The notes beneath the pieces were generated by a model, which did no database searches, was not told the DNA's origin, and was given only the letters and a program-made list of their open reading frames with translations. The translations under genes were made by a program, and so were the position numbers. From an uncultured Alcanivorax sp. (GTDB lineage Bacteria > Pseudomonadota > Gammaproteobacteria > Pseudomonadales > Alcanivoracaceae), in assembly GCA_913055795.1 (NCBI GenBank), contig CAJXLA010000001.1, forward strand, positions 9,997-73,996: a DNA stretch of 64,000 nucleotides, read 5' to 3'. Position 1 is the first letter of the stretch; every line of letters begins with the position of its first letter. Positions 45,751 through 58,664 of the stretch are shown here, piece by piece.

Positions 45751-47871
45751 ATGACACAGCACCGAATCGGACCGCGCGGCCTTTTTGTACTGCTCATACT
45801 GGCCGTCCTTGCGCCCGCCGCCTGGGCCCTGATGAACGGCGACCCGGAAACAGCAACTCCGGAGCTGGCCCCGTCCGCGGACCAGAAGGGCGCGGCCGAG
45901 GAGATCGTTGACCGCCTGGACAACCATTACCGGGAGCTGGCGTTCAACGACGAGCTCTCCGCGCGGGTCTGGCAGAACTATCTCGACAGTCTGGACCCCA
46001 ACCGCGTCTATTTCACGCAGGGCGACATTGAATCCTTCCGCTCGGTGCGCGAGCAGCTCGATGATCAGCTCGCCGATGGCGAGCTCAAAGCCGGGTTCGA
46101 TATTTTCCGGGTCTATCGCCAACGCATGGGTGAACGGCTGGACTATCTGCTGGACCGGCTGGATCAAGGGCTGGATTCGCTGTCCTTCGACCAGGAGGAA
46201 ACCCTGCGCGTGGATCGCGCGGAGGCGCACTGGCCGGAAGACGAAGCCGCTCTCCATGATCTCTGGCGCCGGCGGCTGAAAAACGCGGTGCTGTCCATGC
46301 GGCTCAACGACGTCGAGGATGATGAAATCGTCAAGCGCCTGCGGCGGCGCTACGAAGGACAGCGCAACCGCATGAAACAGAACACCAATGAGGATGTCTT
46401 TCAGGTCTACATCAATGCGCTGACGCAGACTTATGATCCGCATACGTCCTATTTCACGCCCCATCGCTCGGAGAATTTCGATATCAGCATGAGCCGTTCG
46501 CTGGAAGGCATCGGCGCAGTGCTGCAATCCGAGGACGAGTACACCAAGGTGATCCGGCTGGTGCCGGGCGGTCCTGCGGCCAGGAATGGTCGACTGCACC
46601 CGGCGGACCGCATCGTCGGCGTAGCCCAGGGCGAAGATGGCGAAATGAAGAATGTAATCAGCATGCGCCTCGACGAGGTGGTGGACAAGATTCGCGGGCC
46701 CAAGGGCTCCATTGTGCGCCTCAAGGTGATTCCCCATGACGCGGCGAATGACCACGACACCCGGATGATCTCCATCGAACGCAACAAGGTGGAGCTCAAG
46801 GAACAGGCGGCGAGCAAGGAGATCCTGGAACTGGGCGAAAACGGCGAACAGCGCATTGGCGTTATTCGCATCCCGGCTTTCTACATGGACTTCGAGGCGG
46901 CACGCCGGGGCGACCCGGACTATGCCAGCACCACCCGGGATGTGGCCCAGCTGATCATGGAACTCCAGGACGAAAACCTCGATGGCCTGATGGTGGATCT
47001 GCGCGACAACAGCGGCGGGTCCCTGCAGGAAGCGATCAAGCTGGTGTCACTATTCATCGACTCCGGGCCCACGGTTCAGGTGCGCGATAACCGTAACGAC
47101 GTTCAGGTAGAGTCGGATCAGCTTCCGGGGGCACTCTATCGCGGCCCCATGGCCGTGCTGGTCAACCGCTACAGCGCTTCGGCGTCGGAAATCTTCGCCG
47201 GTGCCATGCAGGATTATGGCCGCGCGCTGGTGATTGGCGGTCAGACCTTCGGTAAGGGCACGGTCCAGTCGCTGATGGAACTCAACCATGGTGAGTTGAA
47301 AATGACCCGGGCGAAGTTCTATCGCGTGTCGGGCAAGAGCAACCAGCACCGGGGCATCCTCCCCGACCTGCAGCTGCCTTATGCGGTGGACAAGACCCAG
47401 ATCGGCGAGAGCGCCCTGGATAACGCCCTGCCCTGGGACGTCATTGACCAGGCGGATTACGATCCGGTGGTCAACCTGAATCCGCTCATCCCCCGGCTGC
47501 GGGCACAACACCAGGAACGCATGGAGGATAACCCGGAGTTTGACTATGTCCGTAGCCAGATTGAGCTCATCGAAGCCGGCCGGGAACGCGAGCGGACTAC
47601 CCTGCATGCGGACAAGCGCCGTGAGCGCGAACGCGAGCGCGATGAAAAACGCCTGACCATCGAAAACCGGCTCCGCGAGCATCGGGGCAAGAAACCGGTG
47701 GAATCCATGGAAGAGCTGGAAAAACTACGCGAGGAACAGGCCATGGAACAGGCCCGGAACCCGGACGCGGAACAGAATCGTCCGGATCCCCACTTGCGCG
47801 AAGCGGCACGCATTCTGGGGGATCTGGCAGGGATGAACGGCAAGTCGGGCAAGGTGGCGGGTCGACCCTGA
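45751..47871 (+). CDS. prc: Carboxy-terminal processing protease (S41A)
   Basis: DPHTSY, GIGA (PDZ), DLRDNSGG, SASASEI and TFGKGTVQ motifs. Confidence 0.93.
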   Translation: MTQHRIGPRGLFVLLILAVLAPAAWALMNGDPETATPELAPSADQKGAAEEIVDRLDNHYRELAFNDELSARVWQNYLDSLDPNRVYFTQGDIESFRSVREQLDDQLADGELKAGFDIFRVYRQRMGERLDYLLDRLDQGLDSLSFDQEETLRVDRAEAHWPEDEAALHDLWRRRLKNAVLSMRLNDVEDDEIVKRLRRRYEGQRNRMKQNTNEDVFQVYINALTQTYDPHTSYFTPHRSENFDISMSRSLEGIGAVLQSEDEYTKVIRLVPGGPAARNGRLHPADRIVGVAQGEDGEMKNVISMRLDEVVDKIRGPKGSIVRLKVIPHDAANDHDTRMISIERNKVELKEQAASKEILELGENGEQRIGVIRIPAFYMDFEAARRGDPDYASTTRDVAQLIMELQDENLDGLMVDLRDNSGGSLQEAIKLVSLFIDSGPTVQVRDNRNDVQVESDQLPGALYRGPMAVLVNRYSASASEIFAGAMQDYGRALVIGGQTFGKGTVQSLMELNHGELKMTRAKFYRVSGKSNQHRGILPDLQLPYAVDKTQIGESALDNALPWDVIDQADYDPVVNLNPLIPRLRAQHQERMEDNPEFDYVRSQIELIEAGRERERTTLHADKRRERERERDEKRLTIENRLREHRGKKPVESMEELEKLREEQAMEQARNPDAEQNRPDPHLREAARILGDLAGMNGKSGKVAGRP

Positions 47872-48088
47872 CCGCCACCCTGCCCTGCACAAAGGCGGGC
47901 AACCGCTACAACAATGTTGCCACGCCGTTTCCTCAGGGGCCTGTTTGGCGTCCTGCGCTCAGGCCGAAATCCGCCGTCTGCGGGCTCTTGAGCCCCTTCA
48001 GCACCTGCGCGCCCGGGTGCGGCATGCCCTCCGTACCCGGGTTTGCTGTAGAATATGGCGCCATTCGCAGCATTGGCACGGACCCTTC

Positions 48089-49519
48089 ATGGCTCGCAAC
48101 ACCGTCAAACGCGTCAAAACCGGCTCTTTCGAACGCCGCTTTTCCATGGCTCGTGCCGGGCTGCTTGCCGGCGCCCGCTACGCCACCCTGAGCGCGGGCA
48201 CCTTTTTTACGCCGGCACACAAGCGCGCCGACCGGCGCAGTGCCATTCTGTCCGCTCAGGCGGAGGACCTGGTCGCCGAGCTGGGCCAGCTCAAGGGTTC
48301 GGTGGTCAAGATCGGCCAGATGATGGCGCTGTTCGGCGAACACTTCCTGCCTCCGGAGGTGACCGCGGCTCTGCATACCCTGGAAAACAGGACCACGGCG
48401 CTGGAGTGGGAAACCATCGACGAACATCTGCGCCGGGAGCTGGGCGAGCTCAAGCGCGCGGAGCTGGACGTGGATCCGGAACCGCTGGGCGCCGCCTCGC
48501 TGGCCCAGGTACACCGGGCCGTGCGCCCAAGCGACGGCCTGGAAGTGGTGCTCAAGATCCAGTACCCGGGCGTGGCCGACGCCATCGACAGCGACATGCG
48601 CGCCATTGTGCGCCTGCTCAAGTGGAGCCGGCTGGTGTCCATTACCGAGGAATTCAATCAGTGGCTCGCGGAAGTGCGGGAAATGCTGGCCCGGGAAGTG
48701 GACTATGATCTGGAAGCCAACACCACCGAGTTTTTTCGCAACGCGCTGGCGGACGACGAGCGTTTTGTGGTCCCCGAGGTTGTACACGAATATTCGTCGA
48801 ATAACGTTCTCTGCCTCACCTTTGAGCACGGGGTGGGCATCAGCGACCCTTCCATTCAACAGCTGTCCCAGGCGAGGCGCAATTTCATGGGCCGCGCCAT
48901 CATGGAATTGTGCTGCCGCGAGGTGTTCGAGTGGGACCGCATGCAGACCGATCCCAACTTCGGCAATTACTTGCTGCGCCCGGGCCGCGAGGCCGACCAG
49001 GACCGGATCGTGCTGCTGGATTTCGGCGCTATCCGGGAATTCGAACACGCCACCCTGGGCCCGGGCCGGGAAATGATTCGTGCCGCCTGGCACCATGACC
49101 GCGAACGCCTGCTTGAGGCCCTGCGAGCGCTGGACTTTCTCTCCGGGAATGTGCCCCAGAAGGTGCTGGATAACTTCGTGGAATTGTGTTTTGAAGCCAT
49201 CGAGGTGCTGCAGGATCCGGACCGGTATCCGCCCCCGCCGGAAGTGGTCAATGAGCGCGGCGAATACCTCTGGGGGGAGAGCGATCTGCCCAACCGCATC
49301 ATGGCGAAGGCCAGCCGCAACGCCCTGTCCCGCTATTTCGACGTACCGCCCCGGGAGTTCATCTTCCTGGCGCGCAAGCTGCTGGGTGCCTACACCTTCT
49401 TGCACGTCATTGAGGCGCAGGTGCGCGGCAACACCATTCTGGAGCCGTTTCTGGGCATGAACGAGGACGCGGACCGGGCCCTGGTGACGTCCATGAATCA
49501 GCCGGACACGGGAACCTGA
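48089..49519 (+). CDS. ABC1/AarF/UbiB family atypical kinase
   Basis: KIGQ, AASLAQVH, KIQYPG, QTDPNFGN and LLDFG motifs. Confidence 0.92.
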   Translation: MARNTVKRVKTGSFERRFSMARAGLLAGARYATLSAGTFFTPAHKRADRRSAILSAQAEDLVAELGQLKGSVVKIGQMMALFGEHFLPPEVTAALHTLENRTTALEWETIDEHLRRELGELKRAELDVDPEPLGAASLAQVHRAVRPSDGLEVVLKIQYPGVADAIDSDMRAIVRLLKWSRLVSITEEFNQWLAEVREMLAREVDYDLEANTTEFFRNALADDERFVVPEVVHEYSSNNVLCLTFEHGVGISDPSIQQLSQARRNFMGRAIMELCCREVFEWDRMQTDPNFGNYLLRPGREADQDRIVLLDFGAIREFEHATLGPGREMIRAAWHHDRERLLEALRALDFLSGNVPQKVLDNFVELCFEAIEVLQDPDRYPPPPEVVNERGEYLWGESDLPNRIMAKASRNALSRYFDVPPREFIFLARKLLGAYTFLHVIEAQVRGNTILEPFLGMNEDADRALVTSMNQPDTGT

Positions 49520-49771
49520 GGCGCATCGGAGGGATTTCCGGGCTGGTGGGCGTTTCCGGTTTGCACCCGGACCGGGGTAGCTGTTTAGTTATTAGCCATT
49601 CGCGGGCCAATCCGGGCCGCGGGATTTGCCATTGGCGTGCATGCGCAATAAGGTTAGCAGCTCGCTGAACGGGCCGGTTTCCGGTCCATGTACAATGTGG
49701 CATCACGTCGCGGCTTCGCGCCGGCTCCGGCCGGAGTCATTCATCCAGACGCAAGATACGGGGGTAACGAG

Positions 49772-50986
49772 GTGATCATCGGTGTACCCGGGGAAATCTT
49801 TCCCGATGAACAGCGCGTGGCGCTGACACCCGCCAATGTCGGCAGCCTTTTGAAAACCGAGGGTGTCGAGATCCGGGTGGAAAAAGGCGCCGGCGAACAG
49901 GCCGGTTTTACCGACGCGGACTACGAGAGTGCCGGCGCCCAGCTGGTGGATCGCGACAGCATCTTCCAGCAGGCGCAGGTGATCCTCCAGGTCCAGACAC
50001 CGGGCAGCAATACCCGTACCGGGGAACAGGACCTTGAGCGCCTGCAGTCGGGCCAGATCCTGATCGGCATGATGGACCCGCTGGCGAACCCGGACTTCGC
50101 CCGAACCCTGGCCGACCGCGGCATCACGGGCGTGGCGCTGGAGCTGATCCCGCGCATCACCCGGGCGCAGGCGATGGACGTGCTCTCCTCCATGGCCATG
50201 ACCGCCGGTTACAAGGCCGTGCTGCTGGCCGCCAACCAGGCCAACCGCATGTTCCCCATGAACATGACCGCCGCCGGTACCCTGAATCCGGCCCGGGTGT
50301 TCGTTATGGGCGCGGGCGTGGCCGGGTTGCAGGCCTGTGCCGCAGCCAAGCGCCTGGGCGCGGTGACCAAGGCCTATGACGTGCGCGAGGCGGCGCAGGA
50401 ACAGATCCTGTCCGTGGGCGCCGATCCGGTGGATCTGAATCTCGATACTGCTGACGCCGAGGGCTCCGGCGGGTATGCCAAGGCACAGGGCGAGGATTTC
50501 CTGCAGCGCCAGCGCGCCGCTTTGAAGGACGTCATCGCCGATATGGATGTGGTCGTCACGACGGCCGCCGTGCCCGGCGCCAAGTCCCCGATCCTGGTAA
50601 CCGAGGAAATGGTCCAGGCCATGAAACCGGGCTCGGTGATCGTGGATCTGGCCGCCGAACGCGGCGGCAACTGCGAGTTGACGCAGGCGGGCGAGACGGT
50701 GGTCAAACACGGCGTTCACGTCATGGGCCCGGAGAACGTGCCCTCCTCGCTGTCCCACCATGCCAGCCAGATGTTCGGCAAGAACATGGAAAACCTGCTC
50801 AAGCTTATGCTTACCGAGCAGGGCGGGATCACGCTCGACTTCGAGGATCAGATCATCCAGGACACGGTCATCGCCCACGAAGGCGACGTTCCCCAGGCGA
50901 AAATGCGTGAACTGCTGGGGCTGCCGGCGCGGGAACAACCCGCGGAGCCCGCTTCCGATGAACCCGCCTCCGACGAGGAGAAATAA
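49772..50986 (+). CDS. pntAA: NAD(P) transhydrogenase alpha subunit, part 1 (domain I)
   Basis: RVALTP, PRITRAQAMD, GAGVAGL and GGYAK motifs. GTG start. Confidence 0.94.
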   Translation: MIIGVPGEIFPDEQRVALTPANVGSLLKTEGVEIRVEKGAGEQAGFTDADYESAGAQLVDRDSIFQQAQVILQVQTPGSNTRTGEQDLERLQSGQILIGMMDPLANPDFARTLADRGITGVALELIPRITRAQAMDVLSSMAMTAGYKAVLLAANQANRMFPMNMTAAGTLNPARVFVMGAGVAGLQACAAAKRLGAVTKAYDVREAAQEQILSVGADPVDLNLDTADAEGSGGYAKAQGEDFLQRQRAALKDVIADMDVVVTTAAVPGAKSPILVTEEMVQAMKPGSVIVDLAAERGGNCELTQAGETVVKHGVHVMGPENVPSSLSHHASQMFGKNMENLLKLMLTEQGGITLDFEDQIIQDTVIAHEGDVPQAKMRELLGLPAREQPAEPASDEPASDEEK

Positions 50987-50988
50987 TC

Positions 50989-51267
50989 ATGGATTTCGTG
51001 GCACAACTGACGCTGTTCGTGCTGGCGGTATTTCTCGGCTTCGAGCTGATCTCGAAAGTGCCGCCCACGCTGCACACGCCCCTGATGTCGGGTTCCAACG
51101 CCATCTCCGGCATTACGCTGGTGGGCGCGCTGCTGGCCGCCGGCCATGGCGGCGACAGCCAGACCATCAGCATCCTGGGTTTCATCGCGGTCACCCTGGC
51201 GTCCATCAATGTTGTGGGCGGTTTCATGGTTACCAACCGCATGCTGGGCATGTTCAAGAGGAAATAA
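50989..51267 (+). CDS. pntAB: NAD(P) transhydrogenase alpha subunit, part 2
   Basis: LHTPLMSGSNAISG...RMLGMF. Confidence 0.95.
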   Translation: MDFVAQLTLFVLAVFLGFELISKVPPTLHTPLMSGSNAISGITLVGALLAAGHGGDSQTISILGFIAVTLASINVVGGFMVTNRMLGMFKRK

Positions 51268-51270
51268 GTC

Positions 51271-52698
51271 ATGCAGATTTCGCAAGCCTGGATCGATATC
51301 GCCTATCTGGCCGCCGCATCCCTCTTTGTCCTGGGCATCAAGGGCCTGACCAAGCCCCGGACCGCTGTACGGGGTAACCTGCTGGCCGCCACCGGTATGC
51401 TGATTGCAGCCGTGATTACCCTGCTCCACAAGGACATTGTCACCTATGAATGGATCATCGGTGGCTTCGTGCTGGGCGCCGTGGTGGGCTCACTGCTGGC
51501 CATCAAGGTCAAGATGACGGCCATGCCCCAGCTGGTGGCCCTGCTGAATGGTTTCGGTGGCGGTGCATCCTTTGCCGTGGCCGCGGCCGAATACTTCAAG
51601 GGCCTGGACGCCGCTGGAGCGGCCGGCGTGCTCGAGGCCATGGCCGGCCAGTCCACGGGCATGGTGGCCATGATCGCCATCGGGGCGGCCGTGCTGATCG
51701 GCTCGGTTACGCTCACCGGTTCCTTCATCGCCTTTGCCAAACTGCAGGAGCTGATTGACGGCCAGCCCAAGGGCTTCCCGGGCATGAAGTTCATCAATCT
51801 GATTCTGCTGATCGGCTCCGTGGTGGCCATCGGCGTTCTGGTGAACGATCCCACTCAGCAGGTGGTGTTCTGGAGCCTGGTCGCCGCCGCCGCCGTGCTG
51901 GGTGTGCTGCTGGTGATGCCCATTGGTGGTGCCGATATGCCCGTGGTCATCGCCCTGCTGAACTCCTACTCCGGTCTGGCCGCCGCGGCCGCCGGTTTCG
52001 TCATGGGCAACAGCGCCCTCATCATTACGGGTTCGCTGGTGGGCGCGTCCGGACTCATTCTGACCAATGTCATGTGCAAGGCCATGAACCGTTCGCTCAC
52101 CAATGTGCTCTTCGGGGTCATGGCCGAGGGCGGCGACGCCATGGATCAGGACGAGGTCTATGGCGGCAAGGTGCGCTCGTCCAGTGCCGAGGAAATCGCC
52201 ATGATCCTGGAGCCGGCCAAGCGCGTCGTGATCGTGCCCGGCTTCGGCCTGGCCATGGCCCAGGCCCAGCACGCCGTACGGGACCTGGCGGATTCGCTGG
52301 AAGCACGCGGATGCGAGGTGGAATATGCCATCCATCCGGTCGCGGGTCGGATGCCCGGTCACATGAATGTGCTGCTGGCCGAGGCGGAAGTGCCCTATGA
52401 CAAGCTCAAGACCATGGAAGAGATCAATCCGACTTTCGAGGAAACGGATGTAGCCATCGTGCTGGGCGCGAACGACGTCACCAACCCCATGGCGCGCGAG
52501 GACAAGGGCAGCCCCATCTACGGCATGCCCATTCTCAACGTGGACAAGGCCCGGAATGTGGTCGTGATCAAGCGTTCGTTGAGCCCCGGCTTCGCCGGCC
52601 TGCCCAATCCCCTGTTCGCCAACGACAACACCCTGATGCTCTTCGGCGACGCCAAGCAGTCCGTGCTGGACGTCAACACCGCCTACAAGGAAAGTTGA
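51271..52698 (+). CDS. pntB: NAD(P) transhydrogenase beta subunit
   Basis: GGADMPVVI, HPVAGRMPGHMNVLLAEA and GANDV motifs. Confidence 0.96.
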   Translation: MQISQAWIDIAYLAAASLFVLGIKGLTKPRTAVRGNLLAATGMLIAAVITLLHKDIVTYEWIIGGFVLGAVVGSLLAIKVKMTAMPQLVALLNGFGGGASFAVAAAEYFKGLDAAGAAGVLEAMAGQSTGMVAMIAIGAAVLIGSVTLTGSFIAFAKLQELIDGQPKGFPGMKFINLILLIGSVVAIGVLVNDPTQQVVFWSLVAAAAVLGVLLVMPIGGADMPVVIALLNSYSGLAAAAAGFVMGNSALIITGSLVGASGLILTNVMCKAMNRSLTNVLFGVMAEGGDAMDQDEVYGGKVRSSSAEEIAMILEPAKRVVIVPGFGLAMAQAQHAVRDLADSLEARGCEVEYAIHPVAGRMPGHMNVLLAEAEVPYDKLKTMEEINPTFEETDVAIVLGANDVTNPMAREDKGSPIYGMPILNVDKARNVVVIKRSLSPGFAGLPNPLFANDNTLMLFGDAKQSVLDVNTAYKES

Positions 52699-52718
52699 CG
52701 CCGGTAGCCAACCGACGG

Positions 52719-52759
52719 AAACAGCCCCGAGGCCTGCCAGGTTTCGGGGCTGTTTGTTT
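52719..52759 (+). terminator. Rho-independent terminator after the pnt operon
   Basis: AAACAGCCCCGA...TCGGGGCTGTTT followed by GTTT. Confidence 0.75.
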
Positions 52760-52762
52760 CAA

Positions 52763-53067
52763 GGGGCGAGGTGCGAGGAGCGAGGCATAGAGAATCACAG
52801 GAGTAGGCGCCGTGTCCTCTGAGTGCCTCCCGGCCGCGAACGGTTCAGCAACGCGTACGGTGCGCCGTGCGCACCATCGGGCCTTGAAGGTGCGCACGGC
52901 GCACCCTACAGCTTGTTCGAGGGTCCGGAATGCAAATTTCGAGGCTTTTGCGACACCCTCCGTTAACCCCGGATGCTAACGACAGGGCTTTCCTGCTATT
53001 CCTTCGGAGCGGACCAAGGACGGGCTGCCTACTCGACCCTCGCTCCTCGCACCTCGCACCTCGCTCC
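52763..53067. repeat. Second inverted (GGNGCGA)n heptamer array pair
   Basis: 3 units at 52763-52783 and 5 complementary units at 53033-53067. Confidence 0.8.
52855..52909. repeat. REP doublet (REPIN-like, GTAG family)
   Basis: GTACGGTGCGCCGTGCGCACC and inverted GGTGCGCACGGCGCACCCTAC, each internally palindromic. Confidence 0.8.
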
Positions 53068-53837
53068 TAGAATCCTACAACCAGTGAAACCGTGATCTCT
53101 TGATCGGTGTTCTCGGTACCGGCAGGCACTTGCGAACTGTGCTTGATCAGGTGGGAAAGGCGCAGCGTCAAGGTATCGTTGATCTGGCTACTCAATGAGG
53201 TTTCCGCCCGGGAAATACTACCCTCGTTGGCCGACATTTCCGTGCTGATCTTTTCCCGGAAAACGGCTGATTCGGAAATATCCCAGCGATACTGCCCGGC
53301 CATGCGCAGAATAGGGGTGTCCTCGTGATTTTCGCAGTTGCGGTAACTGTCTTCCGGTTCCAGGCAGCGAATGCGATAACCCGGACCGATTTCCGCACTC
53401 AGCTCGTGGCGCTCCGTATCCAGTATGGAACGACCATAACCCAGCGCATAGCTGATGCGGTAATGATAGCCGGAGAACAGATCCTTTTCGTAGGTGCCCA
53501 CATTGAAAATGTAGTTCTCCTCTCCGAGCTTTCGGTCCAGTTTATAGGATAAAAAATAACGCTCGGCGACACGCTCGGTTTCGCCCGTGGTCTGATTCTC
53601 CGCCGTCGTGTTTACGGCTTCGAATTCCGCCGTGTGACGCCAGTTTTCACCTTCGTATTCGCCGTCCCCCTTGCTGACAACCGAGTCCGATTCCGTGTTG
53701 CCCCGCTTGAGCAAATAGGAAAACTCCAGTTCTCCGCTCCAACCGTCCGAACTGGTTTCTCCGTCTCCTTCCGCTGCCAGGGCCGGGAACGGCGCCAGCC
53801 CGGCGGTCACCAGGGCGGCCAGGGTTACCTTGCGCAT
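53067..53837 (-). CDS. DUF481 (YdiY-like) outer-membrane beta-barrel protein
   Basis: Signal peptide, W.GE....GNT, amphipathic strands, C-terminal Phe. Confidence 0.88.
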   Translation of the reverse strand: MRKVTLAALVTAGLAPFPALAAEGDGETSSDGWSGELEFSYLLKRGNTESDSVVSKGDGEYEGENWRHTAEFEAVNTTAENQTTGETERVAERYFLSYKLDRKLGEENYIFNVGTYEKDLFSGYHYRISYALGYGRSILDTERHELSAEIGPGYRIRCLEPEDSYRNCENHEDTPILRMAGQYRWDISESAVFREKISTEMSANEGSISRAETSLSSQINDTLTLRLSHLIKHSSQVPAGTENTDQEITVSLVVGF

Positions 53838-53859
53838 AAAGCTCTCTCTCGTTACCGGG

Positions 53860-54687
53860 TTACGGGTGTGCGTTACTCTGCTCCAGATGGACATCCATCT
53901 GGGGAAAGGGAATGGTGATACCCTCCTCGTCAAAGCGTTGTTTGACACGTTCGGTGTAGTCCCATTTAAAGGGCCAGTAGTCTTCCGTGCGTGTCCAGGG
54001 GCGAACGAGGAAATTGATGGCACTGTCGCCGAGTTCGCCCACCACGATGACCGGAGCGGGCTCGGCAAGCACGCGTTCGTCCTGATCCAGCAGCTCCTGC
54101 AGTACGCCACGCACCTGTTGCAGATCGCTACCGTAATCCACGCCCACCACCATGTCCACGCGTCGCGTGGGCATGGCGGAATAGTTGGTAATGTTGTCCG
54201 CCATGATGGCGCCATTGGGCACCGTGATCAGCTTGTTGTCCGGGGTGATCAGGCGTGTGGCGAAAATCCGGATCTCGTGCACAGTACCACTCGTGCCCGC
54301 CGCTTCCACATAGTCTTGTTCCCGGAACGGGCGGAAGAGGATCAGCATGACGCCGGCGGCAAAATTGCCCAGGGAATCTTTCAGGGCCAGCCCTACGGCC
54401 AGGCCCGCGGCACCGAAGATCGCCACCAGCGAGGTGGTTTGCAGACCCAGCTGCTCCAGCGCCGCAATGCTGACAAAGATCAGCAGCGCGACATAGGCCA
54501 GGCGCGACGCGAAACGCGCGATGGTTCCGTCCACGCGCGCCTGCATCTTGTGTTCGAGAAGATGGCAAAGGCGGCCCACCACCCATTTGCCGACCAGGAA
54601 GATCGCCAGCGCTGCCAGCAGATTCCAGCTGTAGGGGACGATGTTGTCGGCCCAAAACTGTTCCGCAGCCTGTATATAGGTATCCAT
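53860..54687 (-). CDS. mscS: Small-conductance mechanosensitive channel
   Basis: GAAGLAVGLAL..LGNFAAG, FRPF and IPFPQ motifs. Confidence 0.93.
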   Translation of the reverse strand: MDTYIQAAEQFWADNIVPYSWNLLAALAIFLVGKWVVGRLCHLLEHKMQARVDGTIARFASRLAYVALLIFVSIAALEQLGLQTTSLVAIFGAAGLAVGLALKDSLGNFAAGVMLILFRPFREQDYVEAAGTSGTVHEIRIFATRLITPDNKLITVPNGAIMADNITNYSAMPTRRVDMVVGVDYGSDLQQVRGVLQELLDQDERVLAEPAPVIVVGELGDSAINFLVRPWTRTEDYWPFKWDYTERVKQRFDEEGITIPFPQMDVHLEQSNAHP

Positions 54688-54929
54688 CAGCTCTCTCCCG
54701 CCAAACCTGCAAATTGCGCCCGAACGGCAAGGCCGCTTTGCAGAAAATCAACAGCTTATAACGAACATGGATCCAGGAACACCCCGCGGCCCCGGGTTAA
54801 GGCCCGCTCTTCGCTTGAATTTCATTCATCTCAAATTGCGCCATCCACAGGCAGCTGTCCTACGAAACCTTGGGGTTTTTCATACTGAACCCGTATAATG
54901 CCGCCTCTTTATCGCGAACCGGAGGACGC

Positions 54930-58631
<3,702 letters not shown>

Positions 58632-58664
58632 GCCACGCCCGTTCGCCGGCGCCGCCCGCCCGGG

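Noticed and set aside
49772..51267. Split pntA as a frameshifted pseudogene
   Set aside because: The three-gene pntAA/pntAB/pntB layout is a known natural form, and pntAB has its own GAGGAG RBS.
53838..54215. N-terminal extension of the DUF481 ORF in the ORF track
   Set aside because: It overlaps mscS in another frame, and the signal peptide begins at ATG 53837.
54690..54929. Riboswitch upstream of metH
   Set aside because: I could not recognise cobalamin, SAM or SAH riboswitch consensus elements by eye. An Rfam scan would settle it.
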